From the human T2T-CHM13v2.0 reference genome, Homo sapiens, in assembly GCF_009914755.1 (NCBI RefSeq), contig NC_060928.1: a DNA stretch of 64,000 bases. The stretch is one strand, 5' to 3'. The notes under the pieces are model-generated. The model saw only the letters and a program-made list of their open reading frames with translations, was not told where the DNA came from and did no database searches. Position numbers and translations under genes: made by a program. Of this stretch, positions 47,980 through 63,649 are shown one piece after another. Within the stretch, counting starts at the first letter, position 1, and each line of letters begins with the position of its first letter.

Positions 47980-48375
47980 TGATATGGTTTGGATATTTGT
48001 CCCCTTCAAATCTCATGTTAAAATGTAATCCTCAGTGCTGCAGGTGGGGCCTGGTGGGAGGTGTTTGGGTCATGGAGATGGATCCCTTGTGGCTTGGTGT
48101 TGTCCTCACTACAGTGAGTGAGTTCTTATGAGATCTGGTTGCTTAGAAGTGTGTGGCACCTTCCCTGCTTTCTCTCTTGCTCCCACGCTGGCCGTGTGAG
48201 ATGCCTGCTCCTCCCTTGCTTTCTACCATAATTGTAAGCTTCCTGAACCAGAAGCAGATGCCTGTGCCACATTTCTTGTACTGTCGCAGAACCATGAGCC
48301 AGTTAAACCTCTTTTCTCTATAAATTACCCAGCCTCAAGTATTTCTTTATAGCATCACAAGAACTGCCTAATACA
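47980..48375 (+). mobile_element. MSTB-like solo LTR inserted in an L2 3' end
   Basis: tgatatggtttgg...gcctaataca, with TSD CCTAC/CCGAC. It is flanked by the L2 tail (ttcatttattcattc). Confidence 0.85.
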
Positions 48376-48435
48376 CCGACCCTATGTCAGATACTATTGT
48401 GAGTTCTGCAGTACAGCAGTGAACAGGAGACGATT

Positions 48436-48648
48436 CCAATGGTGTGCTGGTAAATGTTCAACAACTGGCTGGGGAGGAGAAATAATGGGAAAGGGGCCTA
48501 TTTGCAGTATTTGCACATTTCTGTAACATAAATACTCCGATCATGACAGATTTTAAGTTACCAACTTGGCATCGTTAAACTTTGAGTTGGAAAGTTGTGC
48601 ATATTCAGCTCTTGTGAGCCTGTGTGAACTGGCCCCAGCAGGACACTG
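48436..48648. mobile_element. MER63-like hAT MITE
   Basis: ccaatggtgtgctggtaaatgttcaacaactggc...ccagcaggacactg with inverted ends. Confidence 0.65.
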
Positions 48649-48649
48649 A

Positions 48650-49780
48650 AAAAAATCTGGTTCATGTGCAAAATGCATTCAAGTGGAGAGAGAGGAGCAA
48701 AATTCCAGACCAGCAACATATATAGAACGTTAGATACTGATGTATTATGGAGGCAAGGAAGTTGGGTATGCAGTCAGGTAGTTAGGACTATTTTTAAAAG
48801 GATTGTCAGGAAAGATTTGCTTAAAAATGACATTTCAGTGAAGCCCTGAAGATGGTTAAGGAGTGGCCCAAGTGGATAACAGAAGAACATTTTAGGATAG
48901 AGGTTTCTAGGGGGCTAGATAATAAAGGCTTGGGGATTTATTATAAGGATTTTAATTTTTGCTGAGTGAGATAGGAAGACATTGAAAGGTCTTTCTCTTT
49001 TGTTTTAGTTTTAGTCAAGGAGTGACATGATCTCAATTATTTTTCAAAGACAATTCTTTCTAATGTTTTAAGAGTAAACCACTTGGGGGTGGGCAAAAGT
49101 AGAAGCTCTTACAATAATTTAAGCAAGAGATAAGGGTATCTTTCAGGGTGGTAGTGGAGAAATAGTGAGAATCAGTGAGATTCCAGTTATGTTTTAATTA
49201 TAGAGTCAACAGAATTTGCTGACAGCTTGAATATGGAGTGTGACCCAAAAGATGATTCCAAGGATTTTATTATAAGTGGAAGAGTGAAGTTATCAGTTAC
49301 TGAACTGGAGTAGACAATGGGAAGAGTAATTTTAGAGGATAGATGAGGTGTTGCTTTGGAATGCGTACAGTCTGATATGCCTATTTGACATCTAAGTGGA
49401 GATGTAGAACAGACAGTTGAATATGAGTCCAGTTCCAGGAAAATGTTTGGGTTGGAGATAAAACTGTGTGATATTCATGATAATGATAATATTTAAAGCA
49501 CTGGGACTCAGTGGGAGCACTAGAAAGTGAGTATAAATTTATTTAAAATTTAATCATCTATTTAACAAACACATGTGCCAGTACTGCTCTCAGTGCTTTG
49601 CAAGTATAAACTCATTTAATTCTCATAACAAGCCTAAAATATAGGTATTATTATTTCCTCCTTTTATAAATAAAGAAACTGAAGCACATAGAGATCAAGT
49701 AACTTGCCCAAGGTCACAAGTAAATGGCTAATAAGGGATAGAAATGGAATTTCTAACCAAGGCTGTCTAGCACTGGAGTT
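48650..49780 (-). mobile_element. L2 fragments followed by a MIR
   Basis: L2 motifs (gacatctaagtggagatg) and a MIR core (gaaactgaagcacatagagatcaagtaacttgcccaaggtcaca). Confidence 0.65.
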
Positions 49781-50589
49781 CTTATTAGAGAAGTTGTCTA
49801 ATGGCCTGAGACTTCAGAAACTGCAACAATTACAGTTTAGGGAGATGAGAGAGATCAGTAAATCTTATTCATTGCAGGCAACACATTTTACTTTCTCATA
49901 GAAAATCTATGCTCAAGGAAAGTACATACAGTAGTTACAGAAAGCATATGCAAAAACAATGTTTTGTTTCCTTTTATGCTTTTCTATATTTTCTATAATA
50001 AGCAAATATTAATTCTAGAATCAGGAAAGATTGCATTAAAATAAAGCAAAAGAGTTATTTTAAAAATCTTGTTTCAATGATTCATGTCATTCTTTATTTA
50101 AAACACAGCTCAAAGAGAAGGTGCAATGATAATCATGCTGAAAAACTGAAGGGAAGCTCTCTGCTTAAGTATGAATAAGGTAACATACAATTTTTTGCCA
50201 AAACTAGAACAATTCTTGAGAGTAAAAGAAAGCACTGTCAATTATATATGACAACAGGGTTAAGTTAGAACTGTTTTAAAAATACTTGAAGTTTATGTAG
50301 GTGCCCTAGGGAGCCTTCTCCTTAAAGATAGGGTTTGCATGAATACAAAGAAGTCAACTCTTATCTAGTCCATGCACACTAACAAACGTTGTTGCCACCT
50401 TCTTACTTTCCCTTCTAGGTTAAGTATACCATTGTTTGTCATTATTGTTGGTTAACATTTTTACTATTATAAGTACTGGTTAGAATTAGGCATCAGAAAA
50501 AAAACTGACTACCACCTGTATATTATTATAGTGGGTTTAGAGATACTCTATTTCAGGCTAATCAGTTCGTATGATGAGAAATAATAATA

Positions 50590-51052
50590 CAGTAGTCTCC
50601 CCTTATATTCAGAGAATACATTTTAAGACCCCCAGTGGATGCCTGAAACCACAGATAGCACTGAACCCTATACATATATACCTATGATAAAGTTTAATTT
50701 ATAAGTTAGGCACAGTAAGATATTAACAACAATAACTAATATAAAATAGAACAATTAAGTAAAATAAAAGTTACTTGAACACGAGCACTGTGATACCACA
50801 ACAGTCAATCTGATAACAGAGATGGTTGTTACGTAATTCACTGGCAGGTGGCATTATATGGACGTGCTGCACAACCTAAGTGGGATGGAGCAAGATGGCA
50901 CAAGATTTCTTCACACTACTCAGAACAGCGTGCAATCTAAAACTCATGAGTTGTTATTTCTGGAATTTTCAATTTAATATTTTGATGACCACAGTTAACA
51001 GTAGGTGACTGAAACTGTGGAAACCGAAACCACAGATAAGGGGGGACTACTG
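50590..51052 (+). mobile_element. MER44B-like Tigger MITE
   Basis: TIRs CAGTAGTCTCCCCTTAT...ATAAGGGGGGACTACTG with a TA TSD on both sides. Confidence 0.92.
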
Positions 51053-51246
51053 TAAAGAATGAAACTATTTTTATGGTTAAAGACCCATTTCAAGGATTTG
51101 AAAAGAAATACTAAAATCTTTAAGTGTAAATATAATCAAAGAAGAAATCACTTTATAATAAAACTTGAAAAAATTACCTTTATTCCCATTCTAACTTAAA
51201 TGAATTAGAAACTAAACACCTATTCACTTCCATTTCCTAAACTACT

Positions 51247-54200
51247 TTTTTAAAAACTTATACTTTAAGTTCTGCGATACATGTGCAGAACATGAAGGTT
51301 TGTTACATAGGTATACATGTGCCATGGTGGTTTGCTGCACCCATCAATCTGTCATCTACATTAGGTGTTTCTCCTAATTCTATCCCTCTCGACATGCCCT
51401 GGTGTGTGATGTTCCCCTCCCTGTGCCCATGTGTTCTCATTGTTCAGCTCCCACATGTGAGTGAGAACATGGGATGTTTGGCTTTCTGTTCCTGTTAGTT
51501 TGCTAAGAATGATGGTTTCCAGCTTCATCCATGTCCCTGCAAAGGACATGAACTCATCCTTTTTATGGCTGCGTAGTATTCCATGGTGTGTATGTGGCAT
51601 ATTTTCTTTATCTAGTCTATTACTGATGGGCATTTGGTTTGGTTGCAAGTCTTGCTATTGTGAACAGTGCCACTATAAACATACCTGTGCATTTGTCTTT
51701 ATAGTTGAATGATTAGAATCCTTTGGATATATACCCAGTAATGGGATTGCTGGGTCAAATGGTGTTTCTGGTTCTAGATCCTTGAGGAATCACCACACTG
51801 TCTTCCACAATGGTTGAACTAATTTACACTCCCACCAACAGTGTAAAAGCTTTCCTATTCCTCCACATCCTCTCCAGCATCTGTTGTTTCCTGACTTTTT
51901 AATGCTCACCATTCTAACTGGCATGAGATGTTATCTCATTGTGGTTTTGATTTGCATTTCTCCAATGACCAGTGATGAAGAGCTTTTTTTCATATGTTTG
52001 TTGTCTGCATAAATGTCTTCTTTTGAGAAGTGACTGTTCATATCATTTGCTCATTTTTTGATGGGGTTGTTTGTTATTTTCTCATAAATTTAAGTTCTTT
52101 ATAGATTCTGGACTTTAGCCCTTTGTCAGATGGATACATTGCAAAAATGTTCCCCCATTCTGTGGGTTGCCTGTTCACTCTGGTAATAATTTCTTTTGCT
52201 GTGCAGAAGCTCTTTAGTTTAACTAGATCCCATTTGTCAATTTTGGCTTTTGTTGCCATTGCTTTTGGTGTTTTAGTCATGAAGTCTTTGCCCATGCCTA
52301 TGTCCTGAATGATATTACCTAGGTTTTCTTCCACGGTTTTTACGGTTTTTATGGTTTTAGGTCTTACGTTTAAGTCTTTAATCCATCTTGAGTTAATCTT
52401 TGTATAAGGTGTAAGGAAAGGGTCCAGTTTCAGTTTTCTGCATATGGCTAGCCAGTTTTCCCAACACCATTTATTAAATAGGGAATCCTTTCCCCATGGC
52501 TTATTTTTGTTGAAGATCAGATGGTTGTAGATTTGGGGCATTATTTCTGAGGCCTCTGTTCTGTTCCATTGGTCTATGTATTTGTTTTGGTACCAGCACC
52601 ATGCTGTTTTGGTTACTGTAGCCTTGTAATATAGTTTGAAGTCAGGTAGCATGATGCCTCCAGTGTTGTTCTTTTTGCTTAGGATTGTCTTGGCTTTATG
52701 GGCTCTTTTTTGGTTCCATATGAAATTTAAAGTAGTTTTTTCTAATTCTGTGAAGAATGTCAAAGGTAGTTTGATGGGAATAGCATTGAATCTATAAATT
52801 ACTTTAGGCAGTATGGCCATTTTCACAATATTGATTCTTCCTATCCATGAGCATGGTATGTTTTGTTTTTCCATTTATTTGTGTCCTCTCTTATTTCCTT
52901 CAGCCATGTTTTGTAGTTCTCCTTGAAGAGGTCATTCGCATCCCTTTTAATTGTATTCCTAGGTATTTTATTCTCTTTGTAGCAGTTGTGAATGGGAGTT
53001 CACTCATGATTTGGCTCTCTGTTTGTCTATTATTGGTATATAGAAATGCTTGTGATATTTGCAAATTGACTTTGTATCTTGAGACTTTGCTGAAGTTGCT
53101 TATCAGATTAAGGAGATTTTGGACTGAGATGATGAGGTTTTCTAAATATACAATCATGTCATCTGCAAACAGAGAAAATTTGACTTCTTCTCTTCTTATT
53201 TGAATACGCTTTATTTCATTCTCTTGCCTGATTGCCCCAGTCAGAACTTCCAATACTCTGTTGAATAGGAGTGGTGAGAGAGGGCACCTTGTCTTCTGCT
53301 GGTTTTCTAAGGGAATTATTCCAGCTTTTCCCATTCAGTATGATACTGGCTGTGGAACTGTCATAAATAGCTCTTATTATTTTGAGATACGTTCCATCAG
53401 TGCCTAGTTTATTGAGAGTTTTTAGCATGAATGGGTGTTGAATTTTATCGAAGGCCTTTTCTGCATCTATTGAGATAAACATGTGGTTTTTGTCATTGGT
53501 TCTGTTTCTGTGATGGATTACATTTATTGATTTGCATATGCTGAAACACCCTTGCATCCCAGGGATGAAGCCAACTTGGTCAAGGTAGATAAGCTTTTTG
53601 ATGTGCTGCTGGATTTGGTTTGTCAGTATTTTATTGAGGATTTTTACATTGATGTTCATCAGGGATACTGCCCTGAAATTTTCTTTTTACGCTGTGTCTC
53701 TGCCAGGTTTTGGTATCAGTATGATGCTGGCCTCATAAAATGAGTAAGGAAGGAGTCCCTCTTTTTCTATTGTCTGGAATAGTTTCAGAAGGAATGATAC
53801 CAGCTCTTCTGTACCTCCAGTAGAATTCAGCTGTGAATCTGTCTGGTCCTGGGCTTTTTTTGGTTGGTAGGCTATTAATTACTGCCTCAATTTCAGCACT
53901 TGTTATTGGTCTATTCAGGGATTTAACTTCTTCCTGGTTTAGTCTTGGGAGGGTGTATGTGTCCAGGAATTTAACCATTTTTTCTAGATTTTCAAGTTTA
54001 TTTGCATAGAGGTGTTTATAGTATTCTCTGACGGTAGTCTGTATTTCTGTGGGATCAGTGGTGATATCCCCTTCTTCATTTTTTATTGTGTCTATTTGAT
54101 TCTTCTTTCTTTTCCTCTTTATTAGTCTGGCTAGCAGTCTATCTATTTTGTTAACCTTTTCAAAAAAACCAGCTCCTGGATTCTGTGATTTTTTGAAGGG

Positions 54201-55027
54201 TTTTTTGTGTATCTATCCTTCAGTTCTGCTCTGATCTTAGTTATTTCTTGTCCTCTGCTATCTTTTGAAATTGTTTACTCTTGCTTCTCTAGTTCTTTTA
54301 ATTATTATGTTAGGATGTTGATTTTAGATCTTTTTCACTTTCTCCTGTGGGCATTTAGTGCTATAAATTTCCCTCTAACCACTGCTTTAGCTGTCTCCCA
54401 GAGATTCTGGTATATTGTGTCTTTGTTCTCCTCAATTTCAAATAACTGATTTATTTCTGCCTTAATTTTGTTATTTACCCAGTAGTCATTTAGGAGCAGG
54501 TTGTTCAGTATCTATGTAGTTCTGTGGTTTTGAGTAAGTTTTTAAATCCTGCATTCTAATTTCATTGCACTGTGGTCTGAAAGACTGTTTGTTATGATTT
54601 CCATTCTTTTGCATTTGCTGAGGAGTGTTTTACTTCCAATTATGTGGTCAATTTTAGAATAAATGCTATGTGGTGTTGAGAAGAATGTATATTCTGCTGA
54701 TTTGGGGTAGAAAGTTCTGTAGATGTCTATTAGGTCCACTTGGTCCAGAGCTGCATTCAAGTCCTGAATATCCTTGTTAATTTTCTGCCTCGTTGATCTG
54801 TCTAATATTGACAATGGGGTGTTAAATTCTCCCACTATTATTGTGTGAGAGTCTAAGTCTCCTTGTAGGTCTCTAAGAACTTGCCTTATGAATCCAGGTG
54901 CTCCTGTATTGGGTGCATATAAATTTAAGAGAGTTAGCTCTTCTTGTTGCATTGACCCCTTTACCTTTATGTAATGCCTTTCTTTGTCTTTTTTGATCTT
55001 TATCAGAGACTAGGATTACAACCCGTG

Positions 55028-55071
<44 letters not shown>

Positions 55072-57690
55072 TTCCATTTGTTTAGTAACTATTCCTCCAT
55101 CCCATTATTTTGAGCCTATATGTGTCTTTGCATGTGAGATGGGTATCCTGAATACAGCACACCGACGGGTCTTGACTCTATCCAATTTTAACTCAATCCA
55201 ATTTGCCAGTCTGTGTCTTTTGATTGGGGCATTTAGCCCATTTACCTTTAAGGTTAATATTGTTATGTGTGAATTTGATCCTGTCATTATGATGTCAGCT
55301 GGTTATTTTGCCCATTAGTTGATGCAGTTTCTTCATAGTGTCGATGGTCTTTACAATTTGGGATGTTTTTTCAGTGGCTGGTACCAACTGTTCCTTTCCG
55401 TATTTAGTGCTCCCTTCAGGAGCTCTTGTAAGGCAGGCCTGGTGGTGACAGAATCTCTCAGCATTTGCTTGTCTGTAAAGAATTTTATTTCTCCTTCACT
55501 TATGAAGCTTAATTTGGCTGGATATGAAATTCTGGGTTGAAAATTCTTTTCTTTAAGAATGTCGAATATTGCCCCCCACTCTCTTCTGGCTTGTAGGGTT
55601 TCTGCAGAGATATTTGCTGTTAGTCTGATCGGCTTCCCTTTATGGGTAACCCAACCTTTCTCTCTGGCTGCCCTTACCATTTTTTCCTTCATTTTAACCT
55701 TGGTGAACCTGATGATTATATATCTTGGGGTTGGTCTTCTCAAGGAGTATCTTTGTGGTGTTTTCTGTATTTCCTGGATATGAATGTTGGCCTCTCTTGC
55801 TAGGTTGGGGAAGTTCTCCTGGATAATATCCTAAAGAGTGTTTTTCAACTTGGTTCCATTCTCCCTGTTACTTTCAGGTACATCAATCAAACATAGGTTT
55901 GGTCTTTTCACATAGTCCTATATTTCTTGGAGGCTTTGTTCATTCTTTTTCATTCTTTTTTCTCTAATCTTGTCTTCACACTTTATTTCATTAAGTTGAT
56001 CTTCAATCTCTGATATCCTTTCTTCCGCTTGATGGATTTGGCTATTGATACTTGTGTATGCTTCACGAAGTTCTCACGCTGTGTGTTTCAGCTCCATCAG
56101 GTCATTTATGTTCTTCTCTAAACTGGTTATTCTAGTTAGGAATTCCTTTAACCTTTTTTCAAGGTTCTTAACTTCCTTGCATTGAGTTAGAACATGCTCC
56201 TTTAGCTTGGGGGAGTTTGTTTTTACCCACCTTCTGAAGCCTACTTCTGTCAATTCGTCAAACTCATTCTCCATCCAGCTTTGTTCCCTTGCTGGCGAGG
56301 AGTTGTGATCCTTTGGAGGAGAAGAGGCATTCTGGCTTTTGGAATTTTCAGCCTTTTTGTGCTGGTTTTTCCTCATCTTTGTGGATTTATCTACCTTTGG
56401 TTTTTGATGCTGATGACCTTCAGATGGGGTTTTTGTGTGAATGTCCTTTTTGTTGATGTTGATGCTATTCCTTTCTGTTTGTTAGTTTTCCTTCTAACAG
56501 GCCCCTCTGCTGCAGCTCTGCTGGAGTTTGCTGGGGGTCCACTCCAGATCCTGTTTGCCTGAGTAACACCAGCAGAGACTGCAGAATAGCAAAGATTGCA
56601 TCTGTTCCTTCCTCTGGAAGCTTTTTTCAGAGGGGCACCTGCCAGATGCCAGCTGGAGCTCTCCTGTATGAGGTGTCTGTCGACCCTTGCTGGGAGGTGT
56701 GGGGTCAGGGACCCACTTGAGGAGATAGTCTGTCCCTTAGCAGAGCTTGATTGCTGTGCTGGGAGATCTGCTGCTCCCTTCAGAGCTGGCAGGCAGGAAC
56801 ATTTAAGTCTGCTGAAGCTGTGCCCACAGCTGCCCCTTCACCCAGGTACTCTGTCCCAGGGAGATAGGAGTTTCATCTATAAGTCGCTGACTAAGGCTGC
56901 TGCCTTTCTTTCAGAGATGCCCTGCCCAGACAGGCAGAATCTAGAGAGGCAGTCTGGCTACACTGGCTTTGCTGAGCTGTGGTGGCCTCTGCCCAGTTCG
57001 AACTTTCCAGCATCTTTGTTTACACTGTGAGGGGAAAACCGTCTACTCAAGCCTCAGTAATGGCAGACGCCCCTCCCCCCAACCAAGCTTGAGCATCCCA
57101 GGTCGACTTCATACTGCTGTGCTGTCAGTGAGAATTTTCAAGCCAGTGGATCTTAGCTTGCTGGGCTCCATGGGGGTGGGATCCCCTAAGCTAGACCACT
57201 TGGCTCCCTGGCTTCAGCCCCCTTTCCAGGGGGGGTGAATGGTTCTGTCTCGCTGGTGTTCCAGGCACCACTGGGGTATGAAAAGAATCTCTTGTAGCTA
57301 GCTTGGTGTCTGCCCAAACGGCCGCCCATTTTGTGCTTGAAACCCAGGACCCTTGCGGTGTAGACACCTGAGGGAACCTGCAGGTTGCGAAGACCATCGA
57401 AAAAGTGTAGCATCTGCGCCAGAGTGCACCATTCCTCATGGCACAGTTCCTCATGGCTTCCCTTGGCTAGGAGAGGGAGTTCCCTGACCCCTTGCACTTC
57501 CTGGGTGAGGCGACACCCCACCCTGCTTCAGCTCACCCTCTGTGGGCTGCACCCACTCTCTAACCTTTCCCAGTGAGATGAACCAGGTACCTCACGTGGA
57601 AATGCAGAAATCACTCGTCTTCTGCGTTGATCTTGCTGGGAGCTGGAGACTGGGGCTGTTTCTATTCAGCCGTCTTGCCAGCTCCTAATT
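51247..57690 (-). mobile_element. Full-length, decayed L1PA7-like element, sense to MAPK10
   Basis: 5' end GGAGCTGGCAAGACGGCTGAATAG, ORF1 fragments (56376 to ~55351), ORF2 fragments from 55287 downward, and TSD CTAAACTACT (51237-51246 and 57691-57700). Confidence 0.94.
55029..55068. repeat. T40 homopolymer inside L1 ORF2 (EN domain)
   Basis: Counted directly. It corresponds to the short KQKKAG A-run of the consensus. Confidence 0.9.
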
Positions 57691-57811
57691 CTAAACTACT
57701 GTTAATATGATATAAATACTGACTTTGGTGTGGAATGTATGCAAATGGTATGTCAAAGTGGAAATACAAGGGAATATACTGTACCTTGTTTTACCTGTAA
57801 GGAACACACAC

Positions 57812-57877
57812 CTGACAAAAGGCAATTTTCACATCCAATGTTGGTTCACTGCAGTAGTATAAGAAATGGAGGCTCAT
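57812..57877 (-). CDS. MAPK10: MAPK10/JNK3 first coding exon (exon 57812-57883: 6 nt of 5'UTR plus 66 nt CDS), encoding MSLHFLYYCSEPTLDVKIAFCQ
   Basis: Minus strand reads TTTTTCCTCTAG|GTATTT ATG AGC CTC CAT TTC TTA TAC TAC TGC AGT GAA CCA ACA TTG GAT GTG AAA ATT GCC TTT TGT CAG|GTGTGT. This is the JNK3-specific N-terminal extension, with a canonical AG acceptor (57884-57885) and GT donor (57810-57811), phase 0. Confidence 0.97.
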
Positions 57878-59041
57878 AAATACCTAGAGGAAAAAGAAAT
57901 GGAGCATAAATTTTCAAATCACTAGTTTTTCATTATATAACAATATAGATTTTGGCATAATTTGAGTTATATGCAAAGTACCATGCACAACATATCTCCA
58001 ACATAATCCTTATCTTGACCTGTACTATACCTTTCACAAATTGTATTTAATAATGAAATAAGGTTAAAATGTCCTATCTTTTATAATGATCAATTCCATC
58101 ACACTCATAAAGATTAGATATAAGAAAGTGGACATACCTAATAATTTAAAGGGAAATACATCCTGTTATAAAGCATTTTCAGTTCTTAACATTTAATTTA
58201 CAAAAAAAAACTCTCAAACATATGCTCAACAGGATATATATATTTATTGTAGAATAAAAGCACTATTAAATAAAATATAATTTATAATAGAATTCTATAT
58301 AGGACTTGGAGTAATTATATTAGAGCTTACTGTATCAGTAATAGATAAATTTTTCAAACATGATATTGACCGAGAAGAAAAGCAGTTTGTAACAGATATA
58401 AGGAATATACTATATTTGTGTGAAATTTTAAAATTACAAAATATACAAAAATGATTATATATTGCTTTTAAGTAAATATAATTGTGGAGTAAAAAGTATT
58501 AGGCACCATATTAACATAAGTTTAATCTTGGTGGGAAGTACAAAAATTCAATTATATCATTTTCTGTATGTTCAAAATATTCTATAAGTTTGCACAGTTT
58601 TAAGAGGAAAAGTTATCTAATGGTAGTAATGCCAAATTAGGTACTAAGTTATTTGAGAATGACACAGCAACATCAGAGAAACCCAAATAAATTGTTTTGA
58701 GTTCAATTAAACACACTTTGTTGAATGCTGATTGTGTGCAAAACGCACAATACTGTCAGATTAAACCATTTAAAAACACCATCAATATGCGACTTCCATT
58801 TCTGGCAAGGATTGATAGATGTCCTGAAAATCACTATCAGTGCAAAATCCCTAAAAATGTTAACATAAAATACACAAAACATCTTTCAGAATGCATAGCT
58901 GAGTGGTCAAAAATAAAGGCATGAAAAGTTCTGAGAAGTTGAAAACAATGTGAAAGAATACATGCAGAGAAGTAAATGAGCTGAGGCCGCTGTTTGTCAC
59001 AGGCCGTCTGCTGATGTCTGATGACTAGAACTTTACTTCTT

Positions 59042-61016
<1,975 letters not shown>

Positions 61017-61249
61017 AGAACTTCAGTTCTTAAAATGTAGCATGCAGAGTACAGGAAACAAGATTTAGACCTATCTACAGTGGGAAGTCATACTGGAGAC
61101 ACTGCATAAAGCTTACTATAGGAAGTTTTCAATAAACTGTAGGAGGAAGCAAAATAATCTGAGAGGGAAGGTCTGAATTGCAAGGAAAAATGTTTTGCAT
61201 TGGAACTTCTGCAGGTTTTTTAAATTTAAGGAAGACTGAAAGGATAAGA

Positions 61250-63235
61250 ATATATAAGACATTCCTGAAGAAGAACAAGTGGCTGTTTGCCTAGCGCCGG
61301 CAAGGGAAGTATTCTGCCAGAGATCAAGAACTATTATAAAGGTGTGATAAGTAAAAATATGTTGCATTGATGTCATGATAGACTATGAATTAATAGAATA
61401 CAGAGCCCAGAACAGACACAGACATACATGGGAACCTGATTATGTCAAGGTAAGCACTGCAGACATCTGAGGAAAGAAGAAACTATGCATTAAATCATGC
61501 TGATCCACCCCAATTAGTCATTGTATGGGGATGGGGAGAAACTAGACTCCTGTTGGAAGGCAATTCTCTATGGCCCTCTCATATTTCCGCATGTTTTGCA
61601 AACAGAAACACTAGTTTGTTCCAGACCATCTTGCTAAGGATGATTATATAGCAGACAGCCTTGAAAGATAGAGGTAGTGTCTCCTTCTGGAGAAAAGGGT
61701 AGATCTAATGACTATGGGGCGGGCTCTCTGGGGCAAAGGTCAGGCATGATTCCTGCCCATTACAAAAGATTTGGGTTCCCTTAGCTTGAGGTTTCTCTTC
61801 AGTAATGCAACTGTGTGTGCTGAGGTCACCTGAACATTACATCATCCTATGGGAACTGGGGCCCGAGGAACTGACATGAGTTCTGACATTCTAACTGCTG
61901 CTATTGCTCTGAGTAATAAAGACCCTCGTATCTGACCCAGGAGTCTTGTATCTTCTGCCAATATTCATAAAACTGTCAAAGGCTAATTTATGAACTTGCA
62001 AGTAAGGTAACATCTCAGACTCTCCAGCGTTCTCAACAATTCCTACCTCACGTTGTACACAAAAAATAATTCCAGACAGATCAGAAATTTCAGGAAAGGC
62101 CAAACTTTAAATAATATAGAAGAAAATATGGTTGACTGTTTCTGTGAAATAAGTCATAAATAATATATATGCTAAGCTTTGAAAAATATATTAATAAAAT
62201 AAACTATATTAAAATTAATAATCTGTGTATTAAAATATGTGATAATTAGTATAAAAAGTAGTCCACATGTTTGAAATAAAAATCAAAATACATATAAACA
62301 GTGAAAAATTTATTGAGAATCTATAAAAAGCTCCTTAAAAATCAAGAAGAAAAGACAAAGGACCAATATATAAATAAAACCCAAAAAATTGAAGAATTTC
62401 ATGAAAAAAGAAATATACGAGCACTCACAAATATATGCGTACCTTAAAATCATATTGGGATACTATTTTATATCCTTCAAATTGTCAAAAGCTGAAGAGT
62501 ATAATACATATTCAGTATTTGGAAGGAGGTTGATTTGAATATTTGTACATTACTAATAGGTGTGGCAATTGGAACAACTAAATTTAGAGGGAAAATGCCA
62601 TTATTTAGTAAACTTGTGCATAGCCTACAACACAATAATTCCACATCTACACATATTCCTAGAGAAACTCTTATGTTTTTATACCAGTATACATGTACAA
62701 GAAAATTCATTAGAATATTTTTATAATAGTGCAATAAATAATAAAAATGAACTCTGGAAAAAAACAAATATTCATAGAAAGAACAATGAATAAATAAATT
62801 GTGGTATTTTCCTTTAGTGGAATACCATATAGCAATGAAATAGTTGAATAGTGAAACAAGTATCAAATATGACAACATCTCTTTTTTTTGTTATGTTATA
62901 CTTAATCCATTTATGAAATTTTGAAAATATGCACAACTAAACAATATCTTATTTAAGAATATTGCTTTAGTATGATAAAACTGTTTTTTGAAAGCAAAGG
63001 AATAAAAAAAGCAAAATCCAAGAGATGAGATAATTATCCTGGGGAGATGAGGAGTGCCACTGGGAAGGGGCGTGCAGGGAGCTTCAAAGACATTAGCTAT
63101 GTCTACTTCTTGAAGCTGGGCAGTGGGGTTCACACATGTTTGTTACATTATTTAAACCCTATGAAACATATCAAACATTATTTAAGCATATGAAACATAT
63201 ATTATTGGATATGTCTGAAATATTTTACAGAAAAA
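61250..63235 (+). mobile_element. Ancient L1M (L1ME-like) 3' fragments
   Basis: Degenerate ORF2 end and 3'UTR motifs (aatacagagcccagaac, taaattgtggtat, gaataccatatagcaatgaaa). Confidence 0.6.
61551..62038 (+). mobile_element. ERVL solo LTR (LTR47-like) nested in an ancient L1M
   Basis: TG...CA ends (TGTTGGAAGGCAATTCTCTATGG...TTCTCAACA), AATAAA at ~61915, and TSD ACTCC/ATTCC. Confidence 0.75.
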
Positions 63236-63649
63236 AGGTCAAGTGACACAAGGAATTAGTGGTCCTTCAGTGTTCTGCTGGGCCTTGTGTATGCATGGAT
63301 GTGTATGCACGTTTGGTATGATGTACCAAACACTCATAATAGCCACTAATAGGAAATACTCTTGAGGAGAAATGCTGAGGTTTGTAAAGCAGGAAGATAA
63401 AAGGAACCATTAAACTACTGAATTAATAAATTATAGAACTTTTCCCATTTTAGATTTTTTGTTATATTTGAAAATAAATTCTCTATAGGAAAAAAATACT
63501 AACTATAATCAGTAAGTAAAAAACAAAACAAAAGGAGCAATTTACTCTGTAAATTTTAACCTGTGATGTTATTTTATTGCGTGTCCAGGGATTTTATGTA
63601 TAATTTTTGCCAGACAGTAACCACTACTTTGTTAATGTTTTAATTTTTT

